A model generated the notes under the pieces. That model had not been told where the DNA came from. It ran no database searches and was given only the letters and a program-made list of their open reading frames with translations. Below, piece by piece: positions 1 to 12,716 of a DNA stretch of 64,000 nucleotides. Position 1 is the stretch's first letter, and the number at the start of each line of letters is the position of its first letter. The position numbers and the translations under genes are program-made. Location of the stretch: contig NC_092670.1 of the NCBI RefSeq assembly GCF_964355755.1, forward strand, positions 36,568,388 through 36,632,387. Direction: 5' to 3'. The DNA comes from Antedon mediterranea. Its lineage: Eukaryota; Animalia; Echinodermata.

Positions 1-835
1 AATAATTGATGTCCATTGAAATAATGTGTTAGTGCTTAGCAACTACAGAATAAATAATTCTCTTCGTTGATTATTTTGTTACTGTTAGGTGAGATGTAGG
101 TTGAGTGACTTCAATCTAGCATATATGTTTCTAGTAATAAGAAACATCAAGGAGTATCAAACTAAATTGCTCGGGTTTTAAATGTTTGTGCTCAAATGGC
201 TTTCTAACGGTGAGATGAATTACTGAAGTACAGCTTTGATTAAATTATTCATGAATTATTTATGATTTCTGTATGACACGTCGAGTAATATAAATGTCTT
301 ACCGGGCCGCTATCCCGAATTCATGTCAGTCGATAAACTTTAACATTCACAATTCCTTAGACAACTATATTATCTTGATTAAAGTAAGTATTGAACGGGA
401 AATATTCATATTATATCTAAGCCTAGTTGAAACTTTAGCACGCCCAGGGGTTACAAACACCTGCCTGGTATATCGTGTTTTCAAACATTGGCGGGCCGAC
501 CTGCCAATAAACTGTAGGCCTACATTAACATGAGTATCCAGTTCTTAATAAAATATCTTCGGCTTTAATAAAACAGAAATGTTAGCATGGTTTTTGTCTC
601 CTTTATTTTTAATAGTATAATCTCACATCAAATATCCACTAATGCAAACTTATTCTAAAATATGCCAGTCTGATATCCATGAGTTTAGTGAGATTAAGCT
701 TCAGAAATAAAAGTGTATATTAAAAAACTAAATTGATAATGATAAAAACAGCAACTTTATATGCTTTTGTACGCGTACGTTGTCTTCTATTGGTGTGACT
801 GATAAAATAGTTATAATGACGACAATTAACACTTA

Positions 836-1205
836 AGACCTATTTACACTAGGACGATAAGGATCGATGATAAATAGACAAATATACATTTTCATACATA
901 AGACAAAAGAAATACAAAAACTTTTCATTTTAGAACTATAGAATAACCATCTATGCTTCCTTTGATGACAATTATATTTTCATGCGTCCAATCAAATAAC
1001 GTCATGGTTAGTAAGAGCAATAATATCATGACAATACAACGATTTTATTATTTTTATTTATCATGACGTCATTTCATCATATTATTTTTATCAAAGACAG
1101 CATAAATGATTATCCTATAATTCTAGAACTAATTTCTTTTTTTGATGTAAAAAAATGCATGCTTATATATTTATCGTGGATCGTTATCGTCGTGTAAATG
1201 GGCCT
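836..1205. mobile_element. Fold-back MITE, PIF/Harbinger-like
   Basis: Left end AGACCTATTTACACTAGGACGATAAGGATCGATGATAAATA is an imperfect reverse complement of right end TATTTATCGTGGATCGTTATCGTCGTGTAAATGGGCCT. Internal arms also pair (TAGAACTATAGAATAACCATCTATGCTTCCTTTGA vs TCAAAGACAGCATAAATGATTATCCTATAATTCTA). Both flanks read TTA. Confidence 0.7.
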
Positions 1206-2678
1206 TTATACATGTTATTATTGGTTTGTAGGAGTAGGCCTACTGTATGATAAGTGAATAGGCCTAATATATTTTTTGTTTAGCTTTTAGGAATGACAAT
1301 TTGATTATATAGGCCTAAAGATAACGTATCGACCATCTAGTATTTAGATAAGCAGCATAAATAGTAGGCCTATGTATTGTATTTAGGAAATGCTTTGACT
1401 GAAACTAACCCGCAACTTCGTTAAATAACCATCGCATTACTTGCCTCCAAAGTTGTATACATTTTTAGTAAGATAATGATTCACACAATCAATCGAACAA
1501 TTAAGTTTTATATACCTGGAACTATGAAACGCCATTTACAAATGTCATGTAAAATATGACAAAGAATGGCGTCTTAAACAGCACGCATTTTTCTCATGTT
1601 TAAATATTGTCGGTTTACACGCACTAAAACCCCCGAGCTTCTAATAAATACATCAAAAAGTTCTTTTAATTTGCAATAATACCGTACTTTGTCAGGCAAC
1701 TGCCGCTGGGCCTCTTAGACTCCACGAATGAGACAGTATTTCAAATGATGAATGAAATACATTATATTCACTCTGAATTCTGCGCTGAAGCCAACACGGC
1801 AATCTATACACAACTCTGATAGCTATAATGTAGTAATGATATTTTGAATAAAAATAGAAAGGAGGGTTACCATTACACAGAGGAGTGTTGTCGTAATTTA
1901 CATTACAAAACAATCAAGAAATTGAAGATAGACTACGCTGATGGCCTATTACCTAATACGATTATCAAATGACCTTCTGAATTTAACAGTAAAAAGCATT
2001 TTGAAACCTTGATGCTGTGTAGGGGATATACAATTATGGAGATTAAAAGGTGGGAGTTAGCATCCAATCAGTGTATGGTCATTATATTTCGTTGCATTAA
2101 GAGAAAATTACAACATTACAAAACCACGCAAAATGAGTGACAATACCGGCGTTCAGCACGTATGCTATGCACTTTATGAGAAGTGGTCCCTACGAAAAAA
2201 AAGAGTAGACCTAACATACGTCCGCGTATGCTCTTTATGGTTTCATGAAACACTATGTTGAATAGTGGTAACATACTTATTGCTTGTGTTTTCAAACATA
2301 TGCTCCATAACGTATTGTAGATGGAGAAGCATTCTATATACTTAAGATTAGAGTTTACGATTTTTCTTTTTCTGTTTATAAATTTATTAATATGGATGAT
2401 GTTTCCGAAATAAAAAGAAATTGAATTGAATTTATACATTACTGACTACTGTATATTGACGTTGGGTATATTCGCATATTGATGACGATTGTCAGTGCTG
2501 TATCTCCACATATGATAATATTTGGGCAGTATCGAATCATAGGCAAATTATGTAATACAGGATATTATGTGCATCATATGTGGTGCCTTTATCATGGAAG
2601 GTTGGTAAGAATTTAAGTTATAAGCCTATGATAAAGGCGTTACAGCATCCACCACGTTTTTATTTGAAAAATATAAAT

Positions 2679-3280
2679 AAACTAGAGGGTACTCCGAGAG
2701 TACAAACCTCCGCCTACTGTAAAATTCCCCTACATATAATTCCCCCTGAATATATTTTTTTTACATTTTTTTTTATTAGTTCTAAGTGTAAATATGTTAA
2801 CTGCACACTACAAAGTTGTGGATGACAGTGTGGTGTAATGGTTATGTGTCCAGCCTCTCACAGTTGAGATCGCTGGTTCAAGTCCCACTGAGGGTTTTTT
2901 TTTTATTTTTTTTTTTTTTTTTTTTTGGACCTTGATCTTTGACCCTGACCCTTCAAAATTTAACCACAATTATATGATGTGTCATTGATCATTGTGGCTA
3001 AGTTTGGTGAGAATCGGATCAAAACTGTGGTCTCTAGGCAGTAAAATAGTTTTTTGTTAGTTGTGACCTTGACCTATGACCTTTCCCCCTCAAATTCGAA
3101 CTCATCCGAGCTTTTTGGCCATAGATCATTGTGTCCAAATTTGGTTAGAATCGGATAAAAACTGTGGCCTCCAGGCTGTTCACAGACACACACACAAACA
3201 CACAAACACACACACACACAAACACACACACAAACAAACATACAGGGGTGAAAACATAACCTCCTTGGCGGAGGTAATAA
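2679..3280 (-). mobile_element. Non-autonomous Helentron-type element (HINE/DINE-1-like)
   Basis: Sub-terminal inverted repeat ACCTCCGCC (2706-2714) / GGCGGAGGT (3267-3275). Short inverted repeat CCTCCTTGGCGGAGG at one end and stem-loop GTACTCCGAGAGTAC (2689-2703) at the other. (CA/CAAA)n microsatellite at 3181-3240, GACCTTGACC motifs, A/T-run flanks. Confidence 0.8.
2824..2926 (+). pseudogene. Degenerate tRNA-derived sequence (Pol III A/B boxes plus oligo-T) inside the Helentron-type element
   Basis: A-box TGGTGTAATGG (2831-2841), B-box GGTTCAAGTCC (2875-2885), CAGTG/CACTG pairing at the ends, followed by long T runs; T-arm pairing is poor. Confidence 0.6.
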
Positions 3281-3307
3281 AAATAAATACATTAAAAAAA
3301 TTATACG

Positions 3308-3455
3308 GCAACGCAACTGCAAAGTTAGGGCGTATATGCATTGGAAGTGACCAATCCAATCACAGTCGACAATTCGAATGACCAATCGAGTCGTGATTGG
3401 TCAAAATACATACGCTGACGACGTCCCTGTGTTGCATTTTTGTGGAAACCACGTT
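3308..3455. mobile_element. Eroded copy of Harbinger-like MITE family B (AGCTTGGTTCCCACTAG ends)
   Basis: GACCAAT...GTGATTGGTCAA core and right end GTGGAAACCACGT resemble the intact copies at 55223 and 62422. Confidence 0.55.
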
Positions 3456-4544
3456 TAAAGAGAAGGTAGAAAATAAAATATGACTGAAAGACTGACCAAA
3501 GATTGATCGAATAATTGATTTACTACATTGGTTTGTTAGAAAAGAAATTAATAAATGGTTTGTTGATTGAATGACTAAATTAACTGACGTTTTGCATGGT
3601 TTCCTAATTGTCGGATTTGTTCGAAGACTATTAATTAATTAGCCAGTTCAATGCAATTACCTCGTTATTAATTGATCATCTGATAATTGTGTGTAGTCTG
3701 AAAGTAAAAGAAAAAAAAAATATTTAAATCGAAATTCTAGGAATTATGTTTTTTTTCTGGAAACAATCTTGACCGATCAAAGACAATAAATTAAAAGTTG
3801 TACAGCGATTTTTGGCCAAAGTCGTGTTCACACTCGGGTTGAAACATCTTCAAAGGGACAACGGAATGAATGATTCGACTTTTAAAACCCATTCATACGG
3901 TCACGAATACAGTAACTGGTATAAACACAACATAGGGACCACAGTGGAAATATGTTGCTTTTTTGTACTTGTCTGTGTTTTTATCCTTGTTTGGTTCACT
4001 TGATCAACATAATGAAAAAACAAATAAATAAAATCGATTTAATTGAAGTCAGTGTGAAACTTGAAATGTTTGAATTTGCCGGTATGCAGAAAAGAGTTTT
4101 CATTCAAATAACTTTAATTTGGGATGAAAAAGAGGCAAATAACGTCTGACAGGATAATTTTATATTGGTAATCTGATTATATCAAGAAGAAACTGACGCA
4201 TACAACTCGTCTAAACAGAAAAATAATTTTATATACACAAACTAATAATAAGTGATATAATGTTGTAATCGAGCGACAGTAGCATTTCTTTTTTTAGGAA
4301 ATGGACAGTGTATTATTAAAAGGCAATATTTGCAATGTCTCGATTGTTTAGTAACTTAATACAGTACAAATTCCTAACCAGAAGCGTTTTTCAAATTTAA
4401 TAACTTTTTGTAGATAATGTATTGTTAGATTGCGAATAACAAGAAATGTAAATGTTGAACAATAAACAGGTTCATTGGTTCAAATTCTTTCTAATGCCAC
4501 GATTGTTTTTCTAGTAAACATTGAAGATTTTCCAGAAGACAAAA

Positions 4545-4840
4545 TATTTTTTTAAACATGTTTTTGTTGAATATGCCATTTTCATACATATAGTTATTCA
4601 CTTTGACCAAAAATTGTATCGAAAAATTATATTTACCTGGAAAAACTGTAATTTAAAGAAAAAATAGAGTCAAATTGGGGTTTCTGTTGAATTTAACCGT
4701 TCATTTTGTCCTTTTATAGTGAAAATGTTCTTTTTTTTGGTTTGCTTTTCTACGGAAGTGATTGACTTTATTAAAAATACAAAATGACCTATTCAAAGTT
4801 TGATTTTATACATTTTAATTGTTTATGTTCTTTGGGGAAT
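4545..4840 (+). mobile_element. Eroded copy of Kolobok-like MITE
   Basis: Collinear similarity to 5426-5774 (TTGTTGAATATGCCATTTT...CACTTTGACCAAAAATTG...GGAAGTGATT...CCTATTCAAAG...TTTGGGG); termini are lost. Confidence 0.65.
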
Positions 4841-5425
4841 TTAAGTTAATAAGTAAGATAAAATATTCAAAAATGTTTTACCGTTTCTCTTATTCTTTGT
4901 TTCTATGTCATAGTGAATAAAATACTGAACTAGTATTGATTGTATTAAAGATACATTACCGCGAGTTCGAATTGCGAATTCAGTCTTTTGATACCCGTAT
5001 TACTGTCAAATAAAAATGTAAATCTTGATAAATTTCATACATTCTCATTTAATCGAATATAATTATTTTCATTACTTCTGCAAAATTAGGTCTGAAAAAT
5101 AATGTTACTGAATATCAATTTAAAGTAGGTCGAAGAACACAATACGGTTCTTATGTAAGTAGTTGTTAGGCTGACTTGAGCGCGGATTAGTTCGAAATAA
5201 TTATTTTTGCGGACGCAACATTTTGGATCAGTCATGCTTCAAGTAGTTCCGTCAAGCACAAAAAAATACTCAAAACAAATACAAAATGACGACAGAATAC
5301 AAGTGTTGCGATCGTGTTTCAGGGATTACTCCCACGTTTCAGTGACAAACAGCCTAATGTACCACGAATAAATTAACAATAAGGAATATTGCAGTATGTA
5401 CAGATATTTTATTATCAATATTTAA

Positions 5426-5774
5426 AGATGTATTGTCCCTCTAAAAAATAATTTTTAAAATTTTATTTGTTGAATATGCCATTTTAATGTCACATATAGT
5501 TATCCACTTTGACCAAAAATTGGATCTAAAGAAAATTTATTTACATGAAAAAATGTAATTTAAAGCAACAAATTTTCAAATTGGCCAATGGATTTTTGGT
5601 TGAATTTAGCCATTTATTATGTTATTTTTAAGGTGAAAACATTATTTGTGGGGGGGGGGGGGGGGGGGAGTTTTTCCATGGAAGTGATTAACTTGATTAA
5701 ATCTACAAAATAACCTATTTAAAGTCTGATTTAATTAATCTTCATTTTTAATGCTTTTGGGGGACAATACATAT
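5426..5774 (+). mobile_element. Kolobok-like non-autonomous DNA transposon (TTAA target)
   Basis: TTAA|AGATGTATTGTCCC ... GGGACAATACATAT|TTAG: 14-bp TIR starting with AG, near-identical in layout to the copy at 33826-34172. Confidence 0.75.
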
Positions 5775-6228
5775 TTAGAATCTAAAATATACAAAATAAA
5801 ACATAATAATATTAATAGAAATGTGCTATGCAATAATGTGAACAATTTCATAACACTAATCGCCTATTTGTCAACTTAAATTCTCGAGTAGTCATCATTT
5901 CATGGTTATACACATTATTGTAGTTCTCGCGTACAGAACGTGTCTCGAGGTGGCATAAATCTAAACAACCACATGCCAAAGTTAAATTACTAAATAAAAC
6001 AAATGCATATATTACTCTTTGTGTTGCCGTTGAACTGTTGTTATTCTTTTCTTAAATTCAAAATATTTAAGCAGGAATCATCCAACAGGAAAAGGATAAG
6101 CATGTATTGCAATATCTCATTCATTTTCACAATGTAATATCAATATTGAATATAATACTAATAATTTACACATAAATAATAATACTACTTTACTACAATT
6201 TAAAAAGTTTCAAAACATCAGCCGATTC

Positions 6229-6332
6229 TCGGTACTGTATCTATTCCCGAAGTATCATAGGAAGATACACGTGAAACACATGTGATGCTGTATTACCAAA
6301 TATTCTTATGGTACTTCGGAAATAGGTAGTAT
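6229..6332. mobile_element. Small palindromic MITE-like element
   Basis: TATCTATTCCCGAAGTATCATAGGAA pairs with TTCTTATGGTACTTCGGAAATAGGTA around a CACATGTGA centre. Related pieces occur near 8211-8300, 23925-23975 and 35315-35360. Confidence 0.5.
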
Positions 6333-6600
6333 AGAGATATAGCACTTGGACTCGGGTGAAAACATTAAGAACAAGTTCCTAACAACTATGGACGACTGAC
6401 TACAGTAATTTATACAAAGATATAACCAACCCCGATCATGCCATAGAAAATTGCCTGCCACCTACATACTTCTGATTTTTTAAATTTTGAATACTTTCAT
6501 TCATTTATACAATATAAATGTTGACATTCAAATTTAAAAGAGACTCAATGCGGGCAAATTTGTAAATTCACAAGCGATAAATATAATATATACGAACTCT

Positions 6601-6770
6601 TGCACCGAGAAGGAGCTAACTCATTGCCCGAAAGCTCTATACATTCTTTCTGACTATTTTACTTGATCGTTTTAATCTAGTCTTTTGCTTATTTTTCTCC
6701 ATTGAGATTCAGCCACTGATACCCATTACCTTTTTGTTCATTAATTTGACTTTTGATTTATATATAATCT
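6601..6770 (+). mobile_element. Penelope-associated short repeat with decayed hammerhead motif
   Basis: TGCACCGAGAAGGAGC...TTGCCCGAAAGCTCT followed by a ~110-bp block (CTCCATTGAGATTCAGCCACTGATACCCA) shared with 21414-21517 and 22062-22180. Confidence 0.65.
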
Positions 6771-7279
6771 TGATTTACATTTTCATCGACGAAACCTAAC
6801 AAAACGATACAGAGAATGATGTTTGTTAAATATAGCGAATATTAAATAATATAGTTAATGTTAAGAGACAGCGGGATTCTTCAGTGAACATTATTTAACA
6901 TTATAGGAAGGATTTATTAGAGAAGTATGAGGGGAAGTTAACAGACACGCATTTATCAAACGGTTGCACAAAAAAGCTCGTCTAAAAATGTATTTTAAGA
7001 TTATAAATTGCTATGGGGACTGAAGGTATAACTATTATATAATAGTATTATATTTTAAATATGTTCATATATCGAAATGAGTTTACTTCTGAGGTTGAAT
7101 ATTTCTGAAATTAATGGATCTTTTCGTATTAAGTCATAATGTTTATATATTGCATATTTTCTCGGATTATCTGAAGAAAGGAGTTTAGTATGATATACGA
7201 CAAAGGTATTTTTGTTTATATTCAAATACGAATTTGCGTGCGTTCACAAAAATTATATGCGTTTCTGTATAATGTCTTA

Positions 7280-8206
7280 CGCCCGTATTCTTAAACCGGA
7301 CTTTAGTCGTAGTTCGAAGTTCGACTTGGAAAAGTCGTAGTTCGAGCTATTACTTCAAATTCGATTCAAAAACGAAGTAGTCGAAGTTTGCAGTTCGACT
7401 TAATGAAGTCGAGCTTTTAGTCGAGTTGCACACGTCTGGGTAACAAAGGCTATACATTGGCCAATGACAAGAGAGTATTTGAGGAGCAGACGAAATTTTG
7501 CGCATTGATATCACTTTCCATTTCTTACAACACTTTTTACGCATCAGGACTATATACATGAAAAATAATTTTAATCGTTAATTATTAGAACAATATCAGT
7601 ATTAATTTAACAGTGAAGTATATTTGATTAACAACAAATAAAATCTTAAAAATATATTTAGGAACCATGGCGGTACGGTAACTTTTATATTTTCTAGGAC
7701 CCCAACAAAGTATGATCGCCACGAACCACGCACTTCATAGCGTGACAAGAAAGCGCTAGGCCCCCTAAACATTCCATCGCGTGGTGAATTGCCGCATCTC
7801 CCATTGTCGCTATGGCGTGACGTAGCTCAAGTCGGACTTGCGCGAAGAAAATAATGTAATTTGTATACAGTTGTAAATAAAGATGATTTTCATTATTATA
7901 ATTTATACCAATGTATATTTAATTAAGCTAATATAAATATAGATATTTCATTCTTCAATATCTGGCCAATATAACAACTCAATGACTGTTACGTTTTTTA
8001 TAAACATCGTTTAAAAACCATTTAGTCGACCATTTAGTCTGCCCCCTCCAGGACTAAAAAAATCGATCAAAATCCGTCTCCATTTAGTCGAGGTTGGCCT
8101 GATTTAGTCGGTGATTTAGTTGAAGTTCGGTTTATGAATTAAAATGACGTCATTTTTTTAGTTTTAGCTCGAACTACGACTAAAGTCCGGTTTAAGAATA
8201 CGGGCG
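7280..8206. mobile_element. Non-autonomous PIF/Harbinger-like DNA transposon, 927 bp
   Basis: Perfect 38-bp TIR CGCCCGTATTCTTAAACCGGACTTTAGTCGTAGTTCGA, TTA on both sides, and sub-terminal repeats of TTTAGTCG/AGTTCGA motifs. Confidence 0.9.
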
Positions 8207-10975
8207 TTATTCTCGGTATTGTGTATCTAAATTTGTCCAGTATCATAAGTAAAAGCCAAGATACAGCATCATATATGTGACATATGACGCCAGTATTATC
8301 AATACATCAAGATTAAAATTATCAATGCAGAGCTGATGAAGCTGGTGGTATACGGTTGTTGATTGTGAATACCGAGGTAATACATACCAGTAATAAAGTA
8401 TCAATAACGTACACAGTTGTCGCTATGTTGTACTTGTTGTATTAGTTACCAGACGACAATCATAGCTGCGGCGCGCGTTCATACAGCCCGATCTCATGAC
8501 GGTTTCTGATTGGTTAAAAGTACAATGACGTATATTAAATGTCTTTAGGTAGTTCTGTGGGGAATATTCAACAATTTTCTCTCGTATGCCTTTGGCCAGT
8601 TAGTAAAATCAGTTTGAAAAATTAATTTTGGCAAATGGAAAACGGTAGCCTTTGTGTTCGCCGGTTGTATATGAAATTATCCCCGCATCTATATTAACAT
8701 TAATGATATTGAATAATGGTTATAGTTATATCACCTCTATCGGTTATTATTAATAATTGTGTGGATGTAAATTAAAAAAAGATATAACGATATTCTAGTT
8801 AGCGTATATATTATTGAAGGTATGAATAATAATGACACATACTTTGTGAATTTTCCGCTAGGTTAATTGTAAATAATGTAATCCAGAATTAAATACGACG
8901 TTATTTGATCGAGTATTTAACTAGCAGTGTATTTTGGCGCGAACTCCTTATAAGTTATGCGTCGGGGCACGTCTGCATGCTTCTGATAATTCCTATGACG
9001 TCAACAAATCTTGAATTTAAATGCCGAGACACGTCTGAGATGTTCTTAATACATGAATTCTTAAATATTACATTTGAGTAATATATCATATTACTTGAAT
9101 CATGTAAGTTTAGTGATGAAAATATAAACTGGCATCGGGTATTACCTGAATTTAAAACATCCCTACCAAGTATTGTTATTCTAAAAGAAAATGCCTCATT
9201 TCCGTAGGCCTGCATACGCTCACACCATGTGCCTGGGCCTTACACGAGTTGTACGGTAGTGTTTACTGGGGAGGTCCACCTTAGGTGGGTGGTATCGTTT
9301 AGGGCAACGGAGCAACTTAAAAGGACACTTGAGAGGGAAATGCTGGAATAATAGATGTGACATAATGTGACGTAACGTGACGTAACTTGGTAGAAAAGAT
9401 CAAACTTTAGCATACTAAAAAAAACAACAACAGTTACTAGTAGCTGCAGTCAGTTTTTGCCTGAGAAATAAACAGTGTGACCTCAGTCCATAATCATTTA
9501 ATTTTAACACAATATTATGCCATTTTTCTCATGGCACGTTGCAATTGGTATTCGACTGCTGGCGTGCATAAGTAAAGGTCAACAGATATGTGAACAATTT
9601 CATAATATTGTATCTGTTAATGTGTTCTTGTAATGTAATCCTGGGATCACATGGTATTTAAAACATCTGCAGCATATTGGGTTTAACTAGCCCAACTCAC
9701 CCGTTACTGTCAATCATTGAAATTCATTCAACGAAAACAAAACTAAACTAGGCCTGTGTGTGTTTGTTAAAAGTTTGTAAAATGTGTTTTTCTTGGCAGA
9801 GAAAAGTTGCGTCTGGTCACGCGGCGCAGTAAGTAGTTTGCGTCTGGCTGGTCACCAATCTAGTTTATTGTACAATGACAAAAGTAATTTTTTACAATAG
9901 TTAACAGCTAGAATCGTATACAAAATAAAGAAAGGACAATTATAATTGTTGCTTCGGAAGTCCCGCCACATCTTGCTTGAAGAGCAAAATAAATATTGTT
10001 CGAAATACAAAAGGGCAACACATAAATGTAAGTAAATTAATAAGATGCTCCTATATTTAGCGATACTAGTTTGAAATAGCTGCAGTTTCCACCTTTATGC
10101 GTGTAGGCCTAGGCCTACTCCAAAGCGAAGTGTCTATCGGAATGTAAGTAGAGCACACGTACGGGCTGACTTAAGCTCTAAATCTTATCACAACTTAGCT
10201 GTGCTCTCCATGCCTTTGTTAGTTCCTAGTTTTGTTGTTATGTTGAAAGGTATTAAGAAATGTTTAGTTGGTTTGCCGGGGACTTCTGTGTGTCGTCTCT
10301 AGCCTACATCATCAAAGCACACGTATATTACCAGAAAACATAGAAATGGTCGGTTGCAATTCTCACGCCGAATACGCGGGTTCTCTGACTCATAGACATT
10401 GTTGGAACATACTAACTGAGATTCTATCAATTTATTATCTAGTAGAGACTGACAACCAGAGGTTGTGATTCCACGACAGGTGACATGACATGACGTAATA
10501 AAACATGATACCAACAGTGCAACTTAGGTTGTCTGCTCCCATCCTAACATTGGACACCATCTGACGAGTGCTGTCACTGGTATTAACCATGTCAATAATA
10601 ACAGTTTGAGATCATTACAACACAAGGGATGCCATAGCACGATATTAACGATGGGCGGGTTCACAGTTCGCTCTGATAATCTGTAGCCCTGTTTCAATAA
10701 TGTTTCTCATTTATGAATTCCATTGACTAACTTGTCATAGGCCTATAACTAAAACTGACAAATTCCTTTTTTTCTACTGAATCAGTCCTTAAAATTAATA
10801 TTCTGTATACAGAAGAAACACGGTGGTTCTGTACAGAAAACCTAAAGGTTAGCACATAAGATAGAGCCAAAATCGAAATGTGTCTCTTTTCTAATGTTTG
10901 TACTCTATTCTCTCATACGGATATGTATACTTTATCGGTAATTCTTTTCTACATAGAAAATGTTATTGGTTTCAA

Positions 10976-11665
10976 TGCTTTCGTTGATAATTTCTGTTGA
11001 TTTCACGAGATGTTAGTGCTATTTCGTTGATCATTGCTGAAGATTTCATGAAATGTTAGTGCTATTTCGTTGATAATTTCTGTTGATTTCACGAGATGTT
11101 AATGCTATTTCGTTGATCTTTGCTGAAGATTCCATTGATCATTGCTGAAAATTTCACGAAATGTTAGCGCTATTTCGTTGATAATTTCTGTTGATTTCAC
11201 GAGATGTTAGTGGTATTTCGTTGATCATTGCTGAAGATTTCATTGATCATTGCTGAAAATTTCACGAAATGTTAGTGCCATTTCTTTGATAATTGCTGGT
11301 GATTTTACGAGATGTTTGTCCTATTTTGTTCATCATTGCTGGAGATTTCATGAAATGTTAGTGGTATATTGTTGATCACTGCTGGAGATTCGTTGATCAT
11401 TTCTGGTGATTTCACGATATTTTAGTACTATTTCGTTCATCATTGCTGGAGTTTTCACGAAATGTTAGTGCTATTACATCATTGCTGGAGTTTTCACAAA
11501 ATGTTAGGACTATTTCGATCATCATAGCTGGAGATTTCACGAAACGTTAGTGCTATCACATCATTGCTGGTGATTTCACGAGATGTTAGTGCTATTACAT
11601 CATTGCTGGAGATTTCACGAAACGTTAGTGCTATTTGGTTGATTATTGCTTGGAGTTCCCGAAAG
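10976..11665. repeat. Minisatellite, ~43-bp unit
   Basis: Repeated ATTTCGTTGAT(A/C)ATT(T/G)CTG(TT/AA/GA)GATTTCACGA(G/A)ATGTTAGTGCT with half-unit and deleted variants. Confidence 0.9.
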
Positions 11666-12716
11666 GTTGCAAACTACAAACAGAAGGCATTAGTCTGTCT
11701 TTTCTCTTGAACATTAATTAATCTCTATTTTCAGCTATTCCCAAGTCGATTGGTATCATGACATTATTTACTCAAAGCCTACAGTTTGTTGTTCATGCTA
11801 GTGACAAACGTTTGAATAATTAAATAAAGGAACCTATCGAATTAATTGATTAAATCAACTTAACCTGGGTACGAGCCATGTTGGTAAATTATGCATATAA
11901 CGTTTCATTTTCAAATATCTAGTTGCTGTGTACAGTTCGATTGCCCAATATTCCTCTGACATAGTATGACATGCGAATGGTCCACAGGCTGAAATAACTT
12001 TACAAAACCCCCTTTGTTATTATTGTTTTGACTAGTGATGTTGGTCACTTGATATAAAGGACATATCAATTATACATTTTTAAAAATCGTAAAATACATC
12101 CTCGTCTTCGAAAAGCTTAAAGGTTTCTGCATTTACTTCCGTCTTCATACATTCAGTTTACTTTTATTTTGGATACGTACGTCCATAGTTACATAAAAAA
12201 TTGCACCACATAAGAAAAAACAACAAGTTTAAATAAAAAAGGCAAACACACACACAAAAAAGACACCGGTATCAGATCATCCTCAGGATCTCCATCATTT
12301 TATTTTTGCTAGCAGACATTCTCTGTAATATTAGTTGTATAGCGCTTCATAATGGTCTTAAGAACCCATGTCCAGTTTTTCAATTATCTCATGTCAACCC
12401 CAGTTGCGGAACAGTTTGTATAATTCGCTGGAATTCCGACCATTAAGATTTCATCATTGAATAGCAATATTGTTTTGCTGCTGAAAGAAGGGTTAGCAGA
12501 AAGTTGTACAATGAAGTAGCGCGCTTGCTCTTAGAATCGAATTATATTTTGGAAACTTGTTTCATACAGTTTTATTAACAATCAAAATAAACATGGCTAG
12601 CCAATGTTACACAGTAGGGTGAGGATTATGTTTGTGCATGGTGTAAACTGGAGTTACTGCCAGTTTTGTACTCCAAACGTTTTGGGGTCCAAGATGCAGC
12701 CAAAAAAAAAAAAAAA

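Noticed and set aside
3074-3385. ORFs with CVCVCV / HTHKHT repeats
   Set aside because: Translation of the (CA)n microsatellite inside the Helentron-type element.
8331-8345. Other CTGATGA motifs (also about 35199 and 60427) as hammerheads
   Set aside because: No stem II or GAAA follows.
10976-11665. CRISPR-like array
   Set aside because: Units are contiguous with no unique spacers, the context is eukaryotic and there are no cas genes. The same applies to 33183-33657 and 58891-59113.
12260-12540. Possible decayed hAT transposase or exon
   Set aside because: Composition looks coding-like, but no frame gives a recognisable motif and stops interrupt the frames I translated.
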